Virus record (IMG/VR): IMGVR_UViG_3300037453_000171
Location: 35,881-99,880 of that record
Length of the DNA stretch: 64,000 bases
Source: a virus
Taxonomy: Duplodnaviria > Caudoviricetes
Strand: one strand, 5' to 3'
In this document: one piece after another, positions 1 through 9,092 of the stretch
Numbering within the stretch: position 1 is the first letter of the stretch
Layout: each line of letters opens with the position of its first letter
Translations under genes and position numbers: made by a program
The notes under the pieces: model-generated
Database searches by the model: none
Told to the model about the DNA's origin: nothing
What the model saw: only the letters and a program-made list of their open reading frames with translations

Positions 1-1
1 A

Positions 2-1171
2 CTTGATGTTGACACTACGCTTGAAGCATTGAAACATGAGGTGCTTCATGTTGCGTTCGATCATTTTAATTTGTGGGAAGTAACCGATGTCGATGACGAT
101 GAACAGTTTATACGAAATGCAGCGGCTGACATGGAAGTGAACGGTTATCTTAATATCGCTAATTTCCACGACATAAAACCGGTTCTCGCATCGAGCATGG
201 GTTGGGAAGACAAGCTTGGAACGCGTGAGTATTATGACAGGCTTAACCAGGCCAATCAGCAGAAACAACAGCAAGCGCAGGCGCAACAGCCGCAGATGCC
301 TTGTAATGGCGGTAAAGGAGGTCAGCAAGGACAGCCTCAACCTTCCCAGGGTAATCAGACACAACAGCCCGATAATTCCAACAATCAAGGACAGAATCAG
401 CCTCAACAGAGCAATAATCCGCAGCCTAATCAGGGTAATGGCATCGACAAGGAACTCGAGCAGAAACTGCAAGGGTTCGATGACCATTCTCAATGGCCCA
501 AGTGCGAGTCTGAAGCAGAACGCGAGATGATCCGTCAGGCTGTCGAGGATATGATTGTCTTTGCGGCGGAAGAAGTGGAGAAATCCTGCGGTACTGTTCC
601 GGAAGAAATGCTTGTCAGAGTCAATGCGATCCGCAAAAGAAAGCCGAAGCCGGTAGCCGATTGGAAGCGTTATTTCAGAAGATATCTGGGCAATGAATTC
701 ACGGAACTAATCCGTAAATCCAAGAAGCGTGAATCCAGAAGGTTTCCTGATGCGGCAGGCAACCGTCATCAGCGAAAATCCCATATTCTTGTCGGTATCG
801 ACACTTCTGGTTCTGTTTCTATGCCGGAATATAACGAGTTCTTCGGACAGATTGGAACGCTTACTGCGTCCGCTACATTCCATGTGATTGAATGCGACAG
901 CATGATTCACTACGAATACGATTTCAAGGGCCATCCGAACCAGACCCTGCACGGCGGAGGAGGAACATCCTTCCAGCCTGTCATAGATGAATTCATCAAG
1001 AACAGGAAGAAGTATGATGCTCTTGTTTATTTCACTGACGGCTATGCGCCTATTCCGAGGAATACCCCGAAGGAAACCTTGTGGGTTATCTCGTCCAATG
1101 GCGACAAGGACAGGCAGAAGTATAAGGTGAACAATGCATCTGTAGTATTTATTCCAAAACAAGAAAAATAA
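2..1171 (+). CDS. Metallopeptidase-like (HExxH) + vWA domain protein (DUF2201-like), 5'-truncated by the window edge
   Basis: KHEVLHVAFDH zincin motif; Q/N-rich linker; MIDAS motif IDTSGS, GGGTSF, YFTDG; frame open to window start; lies near a MoxR ATPase. Confidence 0.85.
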   Translation, partial: LDVDTTLEALKHEVLHVAFDHFNLWEVTDVDDDEQFIRNAAADMEVNGYLNIANFHDIKPVLASSMGWEDKLGTREYYDRLNQANQQKQQQAQAQQPQMPCNGGKGGQQGQPQPSQGNQTQQPDNSNNQGQNQPQQSNNPQPNQGNGIDKELEQKLQGFDDHSQWPKCESEAEREMIRQAVEDMIVFAAEEVEKSCGTVPEEMLVRVNAIRKRKPKPVADWKRYFRRYLGNEFTELIRKSKKRESRRFPDAAGNRHQRKSHILVGIDTSGSVSMPEYNEFFGQIGTLTASATFHVIECDSMIHYEYDFKGHPNQTLHGGGGTSFQPVIDEFIKNRKKYDALVYFTDGYAPIPRNTPKETLWVISSNGDKDRQKYKVNNASVVFIPKQEK

Positions 1172-1178
1172 AAACATT

Positions 1179-1721
1179 ATGCACGAATGGCATACTAACA
1201 ACAGTACTAATATTCTCAGCCTTATCAACGAATTCACCGGATATGAATATGACACGGACTATGCCGGTAGACAACAGGTCGAGAAGGTCAATATAACCAA
1301 CAACATATTCTCCACCCATGAGGGAGCCGTGAACTTTGTAACTCGCAAAAGTTATTACAGCGATATGGCTTTTCTGGCTGCGTACACCTCGAAGAAACTG
1401 TCGAAAGGTTTCCAGAACGCCTTTGCCAATTTCCTTGCGAAGTATAACGAGTACATGAATTTCAAGGATAATCTGACCATCGCTTACGGAAGGACTTCGA
1501 GCAAGGCGACTTGCCCGGAATGCGGTTCTTCCATCAACCTGAAATATGGAAGAAGATTCAAGAATTGTCCCGTATGCGGAAGCAGAAAGATTATTTCCGA
1601 TTCCAACTGGAAAGCGCTCGAAACGAAGAAGCGCATGTCGGAGAAGGCTGCGGAGAACTTGAGCAAGGAAGCCGAGAAGAACGGCGTTATGTTTGTTTGC
1701 GGATATGAATGGCATTGTTAA
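1179..1721 (+). CDS. Zinc-ribbon protein
   Basis: CPECG and CPVCG pairs; 180 aa. Confidence 0.7.
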   Translation: MHEWHTNNSTNILSLINEFTGYEYDTDYAGRQQVEKVNITNNIFSTHEGAVNFVTRKSYYSDMAFLAAYTSKKLSKGFQNAFANFLAKYNEYMNFKDNLTIAYGRTSSKATCPECGSSINLKYGRRFKNCPVCGSRKIISDSNWKALETKKRMSEKAAENLSKEAEKNGVMFVCGYEWHC

Positions 1722-1722
1722 T

Positions 1723-1902
1723 ATGACTGCAAAAGTAGGAGACAGAATCAGGATCATTCACATGGAAGATCCGTACGCCCTTCATTACGACGGGCAGGAA
1801 GGTATCGTTGAACATATCGACGATATCGGTCAGTTACATGGTACATGGGGAGGTCTGGCTATCATCCCCGAAGAAGACGAGTTCGTAATCATCAGCAAGT
1901 AA
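1723..1902 (+). CDS. DUF4314-like small protein
   Basis: VGDRIRIIHMEDPY...GIVEHIDDIGQLHGTWGGLAIIPEED; ATG at 1723 preferred over the track start. Confidence 0.7.
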   Translation: MTAKVGDRIRIIHMEDPYALHYDGQEGIVEHIDDIGQLHGTWGGLAIIPEEDEFVIISK

Positions 1903-2136
1903 ATGGAAAACACCTTGAAACAATTACAGGAGTTGCAGCTTGAGGCGCTCCAGAACAACATCACCTATCAACTTTCAATAGGTAACAGTCACATGCGCAT
2001 TGAGATGTATTATACGAACGTTTCCGAAGAGATGGTTGACAACCGCAACTTCTCGGCAACATTCAGCAATGACGATTCTCTTGCGGAGATCAAGCTGGAG
2101 TGCATCAAGAAATTCATTGACGATATAAAGAAGTAA
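1903..2136 (+). CDS. Hypothetical protein
   Basis: 77-aa ORF tightly packed in the operon. Confidence 0.7.
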   Translation: MENTLKQLQELQLEALQNNITYQLSIGNSHMRIEMYYTNVSEEMVDNRNFSATFSNDDSLAEIKLECIKKFIDDIKK

Positions 2137-2138
2137 TC

Positions 2139-2354
2139 ATGACGAATAATATCAAAATGGACGATGTGAAGCGCCTCGTCAACTACACCATCGACAACAA
2201 CATGACGCTTCAGGAGAATGGCGAAGTTCCTATCGCCATTTCCCTTGAAGCCAACGCAGGTATCGGAAAGACTTCTATTCTACGCCAGATCGCAGAAGAG
2301 AGAGGGATGAAGGTAACCAAGCTGGATCTGCATCAGATGGAGGAAGCGGGAGAT
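2139..2354 (+). CDS. MoxR-like AAA+ ATPase, exon 1
   Basis: Walker A ANAGIGKT; ends ...MEEAGD at the intron 5' splice site (GAU). Confidence 0.85.
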
Positions 2355-2627
2355 TAACTTGCTTTTTTGAAAAAGTACTCAAATCACGTGAATCTTGGGA
2401 ACTCCGCCAACAGACGGAAGACCATAATGGAAGCGCTTCGGAAACGGAGTGAACCATCAGAGACTAGTACATACCTTCTGACCGGATGGCGCCGAAGAAG
2501 ATGAAGTACCACGAGTGCGTGACATCGCCTTTTGTCTGCCAAGGCTGAACGGGTGATGAAGAGATAGTCCGAACTGCATAGTAATATGCAGAAGCATGGG
2601 ATAAAGAGCCCTTGCGATAACATAATG
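2355..2627 (+). ncRNA. Group I self-splicing intron (IA-like, no homing endonuclease ORF)
   Basis: Exon ends in U and intron ends in G; R element CAUCAGAGACUAG 2455-2467; S element GAAGAGAUAGUCC 2558-2570; P7 GACUA/UAGUC; P3 UCACGU 2384-2389 pairs GCGUGA 2517-2522; P9 CUGCAUA-GUAA-UAUGCAG; removal restores GD/LIGFP in frame. Confidence 0.9.
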
Positions 2628-3692
2628 CTAATCGGTTTCCCGCAAGTAGAGTACGAGTGCCAAGTGGCACAACTTATTAAAACTGAAGATGGTGAAACAA
2701 AATTAAAAGTCCTTCCTAATACCGTCTGGTTGAATGCGAAGCAGTTTGATGCTCCGGCTCCCGGAATGAAGTATCGTCAGACCGGTAAAACCAGAATGGG
2801 TTATGCTAAGCCCGCATGGGTCCCGGAATATAACGAGAAGGGAAATCTCGTCATCCTTGATGACTATGTGAGAAGTAACCCGCAGCTCCTGCAGGCTTGT
2901 ATGGACCTGATTCTGGAACAGGAATATGTTTCCTGGAAGCTCCCGAAGGGAACCACCATCGCGTTGACCAACAATCCGGATGACGGCACGAACAACGTCA
3001 ATTCTCTGGATGAAGCCCAGCGGACCAGATTCATGAACTACACGGTCGACTTCGATCTGGATTCCTGGATGAAGTGGGCCGAATCCGTGGGTATTGACGG
3101 TCGCTGCATCAATTTCGTCGCCTCCTATTCCGGGGAGCTGTTCAACGCGGATGACGAGGGCAATCGCATCTGCAATCCGAGATCCTTCGTCATGTTCGCC
3201 AACATGATCAAGGGTATCAAGGACTGGGATAACCCCGATAGCCTTGCATTCATCTCCATGATTTCCAAGGGATGTTTCAAGGATGAAGGCGGTCGTTTCT
3301 CCGCTATGTTCACATCCTTCATCCGTAACAAGATGCACCTGCTGATCCAGCCGAAGGACATGCTTCTCGGTGGATGGGATCGTATCAAGAAGATCCTGGA
3401 GGATACACTGTACGATTCCAACAACCAATATCGCCCGGACATCGCATCCCTGCTGGAGCGCCGTTTCTCCAACTATGTTCTGGCATGGCTGGATTCCAAG
3501 GAAGATACTCCTATCTCCAAGGTGAAGGACAGAATCCTCGATTTCATCGATTGGAAGAGCACCGATCCGAACCGGAAGTTCCTGTTCAACAAGGATCTGT
3601 TCTATAAGATGGTCAAGAGCATCACTTCCGATCATATCAACCAGACCCGGAAGCTGCTGTTCGAACCGAAGATCGCTAAAATGATTTCCTAA
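2628..3692 (+). CDS. MoxR-like AAA+ ATPase, exon 2 (spliced product ~426 aa)
   Basis: LIGFP; Walker B LVILDD; sensor-1 TNNP; arginine finger SLDEAQRTRF; CNPRSF. Confidence 0.85.
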   Translation, partial: LIGFPQVEYECQVAQLIKTEDGETKLKVLPNTVWLNAKQFDAPAPGMKYRQTGKTRMGYAKPAWVPEYNEKGNLVILDDYVRSNPQLLQACMDLILEQEYVSWKLPKGTTIALTNNPDDGTNNVNSLDEAQRTRFMNYTVDFDLDSWMKWAESVGIDGRCINFVASYSGELFNADDEGNRICNPRSFVMFANMIKGIKDWDNPDSLAFISMISKGCFKDEGGRFSAMFTSFIRNKMHLLIQPKDMLLGGWDRIKKILEDTLYDSNNQYRPDIASLLERRFSNYVLAWLDSKEDTPISKVKDRILDFIDWKSTDPNRKFLFNKDLFYKMVKSITSDHINQTRKLLFEPKIAKMIS

Positions 3693-4765
3693 TGATTCCT
3701 AATGTAATTCATTACGTCAACGCTTCTGCCGCCGTATACAGATACGATGTACTGCATTCCAATTTCCTTTACTATGGTGCGAAGTTCAATCCGATCGCGT
3801 ATACTACCGGCAAGGATCTGTATGTTTCGGACAACGATTGGAATAAGCCACATCGAATGATAGAGAGCAACAGCTGGGTGCATATAAGTGCCAACAATGC
3901 ACCCAAGCTGTTCATTTCTTCGGCCTGTAAACTCCCCCGTGATCTGGTACGGAATTCCGGATACCAGATCACCCGGGATAAGGATAAAGCGGATTTCATC
4001 ATTATTCCCAACTGCAACGCTGCGAAGATTGCAACATATAAATACAATCTTGCGTTCAAGCGTGACGGATCGGATGACATCAATCTGATAGTCATCAACA
4101 GGACCGATGGTGGAAACAAGTTTTCCGAAGATGATGTAAACATCATTCTTAATAACGTAAAGGATAATGAGGGTGATGTTGAATTCTTCTACAGGAATAA
4201 TTTAGAACCGTTCTACTGTTCTTTCCTTCCGAAGTGCGACGAATACGTGGAGATATATGAGAATATCCTTTCGAATAAATCTACGCTCAAGTATGTCCGA
4301 GACAACATGATGCAGCTTACCGGCTCGAATACGATATCTATCGAAACGCTTGAAGTATGGAGCAGAATAGGAGACAGGCAAGTTCTGGAGAAGTCGGTCA
4401 TCAACAGCGACTGGTCAAAATATCCGTGCACCATGGCTGTCTTTCTCGCTGCAGAACAGTCCATCTACTGCAATTATGCAAGCGGACAATGGAAGTGGTT
4501 GTTGAATCAGATCGAGTATTCTAAATTCGACACATACAGATCGCTTGATGATCGGGTCATCACTCCGGAAGATTGGAATATGCTCCAGAAATGGATTATG
4601 TACAAGCTCGGTCTTCCGGAGAATGGCGGCTATCTCAATCTGAACATAAGCAATATAGATCCGAATTATCGTCCGTTTATCCGCACCAGGGTTTGCTGCA
4701 TGCCGTATAAGATCTCGGAAGAGATGACATTCGATAATATTGCGGCAGCTGCACAAAATTCCTGA
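3692..4765 (+). CDS. Hypothetical protein (paralog of 6024-7052)
   Basis: 357 aa; TAATG coupling to the ATPase; shared motifs DWxKYPxT and YxIxRxxDKxD. Confidence 0.8.
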   Translation: MIPNVIHYVNASAAVYRYDVLHSNFLYYGAKFNPIAYTTGKDLYVSDNDWNKPHRMIESNSWVHISANNAPKLFISSACKLPRDLVRNSGYQITRDKDKADFIIIPNCNAAKIATYKYNLAFKRDGSDDINLIVINRTDGGNKFSEDDVNIILNNVKDNEGDVEFFYRNNLEPFYCSFLPKCDEYVEIYENILSNKSTLKYVRDNMMQLTGSNTISIETLEVWSRIGDRQVLEKSVINSDWSKYPCTMAVFLAAEQSIYCNYASGQWKWLLNQIEYSKFDTYRSLDDRVITPEDWNMLQKWIMYKLGLPENGGYLNLNISNIDPNYRPFIRTRVCCMPYKISEEMTFDNIAAAAQNS

Positions 4766-4795
4766 CAGCCTGTTGTAAATTATTAACATTTTTGT

Positions 4796-4803
4796 TATAT
4801 TTG
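4796..4803 (+). promoter_or_regulatory. Bacteroidota sigma-A -7 element TATATTTG
   Basis: Matches TAnnTTTG in an intergenic AT-rich region. Confidence 0.6.
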
Positions 4804-4809
4804 CTGTGA

Positions 4810-4975
4810 ACTAATCACTTACGGTAAATGTATTTCACCAAACATAAAGGGAAGCCAGCGATGCGATATCGCGGGGAGGGTTCGGCGCGTCTGCCAGATT
4901 CTTAGTCTTTCTAGTCATGTCATTGGGTTGTTTAATTCTATACTATCTTCAACACCTTCGGCTTCCCTTTTTCTT
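4810..4975 (+). ncRNA. Candidate structured sRNA or leader RNA
   Basis: Perfect 11-bp inverted repeat AAAGGGAAGCC 4846-4856 / GGCTTCCCTTT 4960-4970 followed by a U-tract, downstream of the promoter. Confidence 0.4.
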
Positions 4976-4995
4976 TTAACAAAACACCAAGCAAT

Positions 4996-6024
4996 ATGAA
5001 ACACTCATTAAAGGATTATTCACTTAATCTTCCGGAGCAGGAATATCACGACAGACCATCCTGGTCCTATTCCGTCATCGCAAAGTATGCACGGAACGGA
5101 TTTGACGCCATATCTACGCTTCATGATAAGGTAGTACAGACTCCCTCGATGGCTTTCGGCTCGCTCCTCGATAGTATCCTGACGAAAGGAAAGAAGACGC
5201 TGGATGAATATGCTGTGGTTGATTTCAATGTTCCTGATGCGGAAAAGAAGGTACTTGACGCACTCCGCGCCGTTCCTTCGGCTCCGGCGAAATTCGAGGA
5301 TATCAAGATGGATGATTTCTTGATCGTATCCGATTCCGTAAGCTATCAGATGAGGCTGAAGCCGGAAACAAGATATTCCAAAGTATCTGCGTTCAGCAAC
5401 TACTACGATACGATGATGTCCGGAAAGAAAGTTGTTTCTACGGCTGACTGGAACGATGCAGTTGAGATGGCTAAGATTTTCCGAAGCGATCCGTACCTGA
5501 AGACGCTGTTCGGAACCGTAAATACTGGAGATATCGAATATATCTACCAGGCACAGTTCGAAGCATCATGGGTGATCGAAGGAGAAATTGTCACGACCAA
5601 GATTATGCCGGACCTGATGGTGGTGAATCATAAGGACAAGACCATCCGTTTGGTTGATCTGAAGACCAGCTCCGTTCCTGCATATAACTTCTCTGAGAAC
5701 TTCCTGAAGTATCGTTATGATATCCAGGGCGAACTGTATTCCGATGTGGTGAAGAAGATCATTTACGCCGATCCGTATTACAGTGATTTCACGGTCCTTC
5801 CGTATCTGTTCACCGATATATCCCGTTCCGATATGGTTCCGGTAACCTACGAGATCGATCTGTCCAACGGTTTCTCCTTCAGCAAAGGAGATAAGGTATA
5901 TCAATACAAAGATTGGAAGCAGTGCCTTGCCGAGATCCTCGTATATGAGGCGGAAGAGGCAAAGGTTCCGAATTATATCACCACGGAAGGTCCGAATGAT
6001 CTTCTCGATATTCTTTCCCGGTAA
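4996..6024 (+). CDS. PD-(D/E)XK exonuclease (RecE/ExoVIII, DUF3799-like)
   Basis: SYS...FGSLLD N-terminus; MPDLM...LVDLKTS; YRYDIQGELY. Confidence 0.8.
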   Translation: MKHSLKDYSLNLPEQEYHDRPSWSYSVIAKYARNGFDAISTLHDKVVQTPSMAFGSLLDSILTKGKKTLDEYAVVDFNVPDAEKKVLDALRAVPSAPAKFEDIKMDDFLIVSDSVSYQMRLKPETRYSKVSAFSNYYDTMMSGKKVVSTADWNDAVEMAKIFRSDPYLKTLFGTVNTGDIEYIYQAQFEASWVIEGEIVTTKIMPDLMVVNHKDKTIRLVDLKTSSVPAYNFSENFLKYRYDIQGELYSDVVKKIIYADPYYSDFTVLPYLFTDISRSDMVPVTYEIDLSNGFSFSKGDKVYQYKDWKQCLAEILVYEAEEAKVPNYITTEGPNDLLDILSR

Positions 6025-7052
6025 TGAAGCTATACATTGAATATGATGGAGTGCAGTATTACGATTATGATCTGCACTTCATCAATCCTCCATATTGGGT
6101 AGAAAAAATGCCAGTTGTCATTGACGATAATGTGCTTTGTAAACTTCGCACAATGATTTCTTCGTTGAAAAGCAATAACAAGTTGGCAAAAGGTAGTGAA
6201 ATCTGTGTTATTCCAGATTGTAAGTACAACCTGGAAGATGTCAGGAAGAACTACAAGATAAAGAGAGGACATGATAAAGGAGATGCCAATGTCTTTTCTG
6301 AAGAAACGATCGGCAAGTTACATTGTACTACATCTGTTATGCTTGCCGTTATCCCTTCATGTAGGGCGGCTGTAACTAACTTTTACTTTCGAGATCATGC
6401 TGATTTCATATCCGAAATCCATGCGCTGTTTCCAACAGTTAAGGATAATGAAATCATTCGTGTGAAAATTCAGAACGCTGCCTTCTATACCGTTACCGCC
6501 TGCAATCTCCCCGAAGCCTACCTGAAACTCCTGACGGGTCAGCTGACGAAACCGTGCGTCCACATAGACGATCTCGACCTGAACACCGGAGAGGAACTGA
6601 CGGTCGACTCCCTCCACATCGTCTACAAGCTGTGTTCGGAGGAACACAAAGGTTCATATCTTCCCGACGGATGGGACGAGAAGCTGAAGATCCAGCTGGC
6701 TGCTTTGAATAACCTCGACTGGCGGAAGTATCCCGGGACGATAGATGTACTGATGAACGGTTTCGAATGGAAGCGGGATTCGGTCATGTACCAGATGAGA
6801 TGCAACTCGTCGAGGTATCCGAAGAACGTGAGGAACCTTCTCCGTTTCCATGCCGACGGTTTCGCGTCGAAGGAGGACCTTGACCTCGCCTGCGGTTTCG
6901 TCAGGACGGTGATGAAGGTGGAGGGCGTGCAGTTTACCAGCCTGGGCGATATTTGGAAGAAGATGGAGGACAGCCGCCTGAATCCGCTGACTTTCCTGAA
7001 GCTGTTCGACAACATGGTCCGCCTGAAGGACAAGGAGTGGAAGGATGAGTAG
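6024..7052 (+). CDS. Hypothetical protein (paralog of 3692-4765)
   Basis: 342 aa; TAATG coupling; shared motifs. Confidence 0.8.
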   Translation: MKLYIEYDGVQYYDYDLHFINPPYWVEKMPVVIDDNVLCKLRTMISSLKSNNKLAKGSEICVIPDCKYNLEDVRKNYKIKRGHDKGDANVFSEETIGKLHCTTSVMLAVIPSCRAAVTNFYFRDHADFISEIHALFPTVKDNEIIRVKIQNAAFYTVTACNLPEAYLKLLTGQLTKPCVHIDDLDLNTGEELTVDSLHIVYKLCSEEHKGSYLPDGWDEKLKIQLAALNNLDWRKYPGTIDVLMNGFEWKRDSVMYQMRCNSSRYPKNVRNLLRFHADGFASKEDLDLACGFVRTVMKVEGVQFTSLGDIWKKMEDSRLNPLTFLKLFDNMVRLKDKEWKDE

Positions 7053-7497
7053 GATGACGATACCGCTGTATTACTGCAAGTCCCGGGTTCCGCTGGTGAT
7101 GTTCCGGATGTCTGACGGACAAGTCCATGTCGGCATAGTCGATACGGGTTCGGAGGTCAGCATGTTCGACGCTTCGTTGATCGGACAAGGGATGCGCGTC
7201 ATAGACGATGAAAAGATGACGAATTTCGTCGGAGTGAACGGAGATGGCGGGACGAGCAAGGTGACGCAGCTTGAAGGAACCATCGGCTTGAAATCGAAGG
7301 ACGGTGAACTTCATGATGTTCCGGTTTCCGGCGTAACCTATGATTTCACGAATCTCACGGCTGTATTCAGGAACAGGATCAAGAAAAATATTACGATATC
7401 CGCGATTCTTGGCGCTGACTTCCTGAAGGAATATAATGCGAAGATAGATTTCAAGAACAAGACTTTGACGATAGACTATGAACAAGCAGCTGATTAA
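7045..7497 (+). CDS. Retropepsin-like aspartic protease
   Basis: IVDTGSEVS catalytic motif, flap GVNG, ILGADFL. Confidence 0.85.
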   Translation: MSRMTIPLYYCKSRVPLVMFRMSDGQVHVGIVDTGSEVSMFDASLIGQGMRVIDDEKMTNFVGVNGDGGTSKVTQLEGTIGLKSKDGELHDVPVSGVTYDFTNLTAVFRNRIKKNITISAILGADFLKEYNAKIDFKNKTLTIDYEQAAD

Positions 7498-7687
7498 AAT
7501 CAAGTATATCAAGAAACAGATCCTGTCCAAGAACTACAGGGAGTATCGCGCCGATGTGATGAATGACAAAGTTCATTACTGGATCGATTCCTATAATCAT
7601 GCAACCATGGAACGGACAAGACAGTTCTGCAATACCATGATTGACATGTATTTGAAACGGTATGGTTATTATTGCAAGACGAGATGA
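7478..7687 (+). CDS. Hypothetical protein
   Basis: 69-aa ORF overlapping its neighbours. Confidence 0.6.
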   Translation: MNKQLIKIKYIKKQILSKNYREYRADVMNDKVHYWIDSYNHATMERTRQFCNTMIDMYLKRYGYYCKTR

Positions 7688-7848
7688 ATTTGAAGGAATA
7701 TCTACGAAGAGAGTTTACATACAACACAATTCCGAAGTATTACAAATACTTTGAGGAGTGGTTTGATAACTTGACGGAAGAACAAAAGTTATACTACGAA
7801 TGTTATATGAACGGGCAGAAATCCCCGTTCACTTCCGGCCCCAATTGA
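7684..7848 (+). CDS. Small hypothetical protein (MNLKEYLRREF...)
   Basis: 54-aa ORF read manually; ATGA overlap; fills the gap. Confidence 0.6.
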   Translation: MNLKEYLRREFTYNTIPKYYKYFEEWFDNLTEEQKLYYECYMNGQKSPFTSGPN

Positions 7849-7855
7849 TTGACTT

Positions 7856-8203
7856 ATGGACTACGAGCAGAAATACAACGAGGCCAATAAGATATATCAC
7901 TTGTGTTTCAAGGAGAGCATGATTCCTCAGAGTTTTCAAAGTCATAATCTTCTTCTCCATAAGGCGGGAGCGATTATATCGCTTAAATATCGTCGTGGGC
8001 CTCTCGTGGATTTGCGTGACACATATCTGGTATTCTGGCACGAAGAAGGCAAGGTCTGGTGTTCCCGCGTAAACACGAGACTTTACGGTCTTGACTGGCA
8101 GTTCTTCAAGGATGGACACGAGATGGTCGAGTGCAAGGACTGGGAGGAACTGACCGGGAAACTGAAAGAATTTAACGAGAAAGGATATTGCTATGGGAAT
8201 TGA
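7856..8203 (+). CDS. Hypothetical protein
   Basis: 115-aa ORF in the operon. Confidence 0.65.
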   Translation: MDYEQKYNEANKIYHLCFKESMIPQSFQSHNLLLHKAGAIISLKYRRGPLVDLRDTYLVFWHEEGKVWCSRVNTRLYGLDWQFFKDGHEMVECKDWEELTGKLKEFNEKGYCYGN

Positions 8204-8960
8204 ACAAAAAGCAAAAGCCTACGATGAGGCTCTTAAAAAAGCAAGAATGTATCGTGACAATGCAAAGGCAGTTGAAGAATATGCTGCTGTTGCGAGATAT
8301 GAAAATATTTTCCCCGAACTCCGCGAGAGCGAGGACGAGAGGATAAGGAAATGTCTCGCTGATTGCGTGAGTTGGTTTGGCGAAGATAGTGATTTCTTTG
8401 CCAAGCATAATTTAACAAAAGTGCAAGTTCTCGCCTACCTCAAAAAGCAGAAAGAGCAGAAGCCTACGCTTGTTGATAAGTTGCGTTCAGTATCAACTCC
8501 CGCCGAAGAAAATTGGTTTGAAATCCAAAAGAAATGGGAGAAGGAAGATGAGCAGAAGCCCGCAGAGTGGAGCGAGGAGGATGAGAAGATGCTGAATCAA
8601 ATCCTTGGCGACCTTGAATGGGCCAGACTTAAAGCAATTCACATTGAAGATAAGAATAGGATTCCGTATGAGAAAAAATCTGCTTGGCTCAAATCCCTCC
8701 GTCCCCAACCAGACAAATGCAATGGTTGTTCCCAGCACCTTGACGGATATATCTCCGGAAGACGCGATGCTGAAAACAAGTTGCTTGCAGACTATGGTAT
8801 CTTGATTATGCCAGACCACGAACTGCGGATGAAACCAAGATGGAATCCCAGCGAGGAGCAGATGGAAGCGCTTGCCGATGCTATCGAAGATATGCCAGAA
8901 TATTACAAGCCGAAATGTACGCTTGAAACATTACTCCATGAACTCAATAAACTACTGTAA
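8193..8960 (+). CDS. Modular hypothetical protein of Bacteroidales phages
   Basis: Blocks ESEDERIRK, EQKP (twice), WSEEDEKML, WNPSEEQMEAL. Confidence 0.75.
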   Translation: MGIEQKAKAYDEALKKARMYRDNAKAVEEYAAVARYENIFPELRESEDERIRKCLADCVSWFGEDSDFFAKHNLTKVQVLAYLKKQKEQKPTLVDKLRSVSTPAEENWFEIQKKWEKEDEQKPAEWSEEDEKMLNQILGDLEWARLKAIHIEDKNRIPYEKKSAWLKSLRPQPDKCNGCSQHLDGYISGRRDAENKLLADYGILIMPDHELRMKPRWNPSEEQMEALADAIEDMPEYYKPKCTLETLLHELNKLL

Positions 8961-8963
8961 ATA

Positions 8964-9080
8964 ATGAAAGAAGAAGATTTCAAAGCCTTGCGTAACTGGC
9001 TTGTAGAACACGGATATTATGTTGGAAATCACGCAGTAGCGGAGGCGCTACGGAAACTTGCCGACGCTTGGGATGATTAA
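8964..9080 (+). CDS. Small hypothetical protein (MKEEDFKALRNWL...)
   Basis: 38-aa ORF read manually; fills the gap. Confidence 0.5.
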   Translation: MKEEDFKALRNWLVEHGYYVGNHAVAEALRKLADAWDD

Positions 9081-9092
9081 ACTGAAAAGCCT

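Noticed and set aside
240-440. Q/N-rich repeats as a CRISPR or tandem array
   Set aside because: Low-complexity coding linker within the vWA protein; no regular repeat-spacer structure here or elsewhere in the window
2139-3692. Pseudogene, frameshift or two separate genes for the ATPase
   Set aside because: The interruption has group I intron core elements, and its removal restores the frame and a conserved motif
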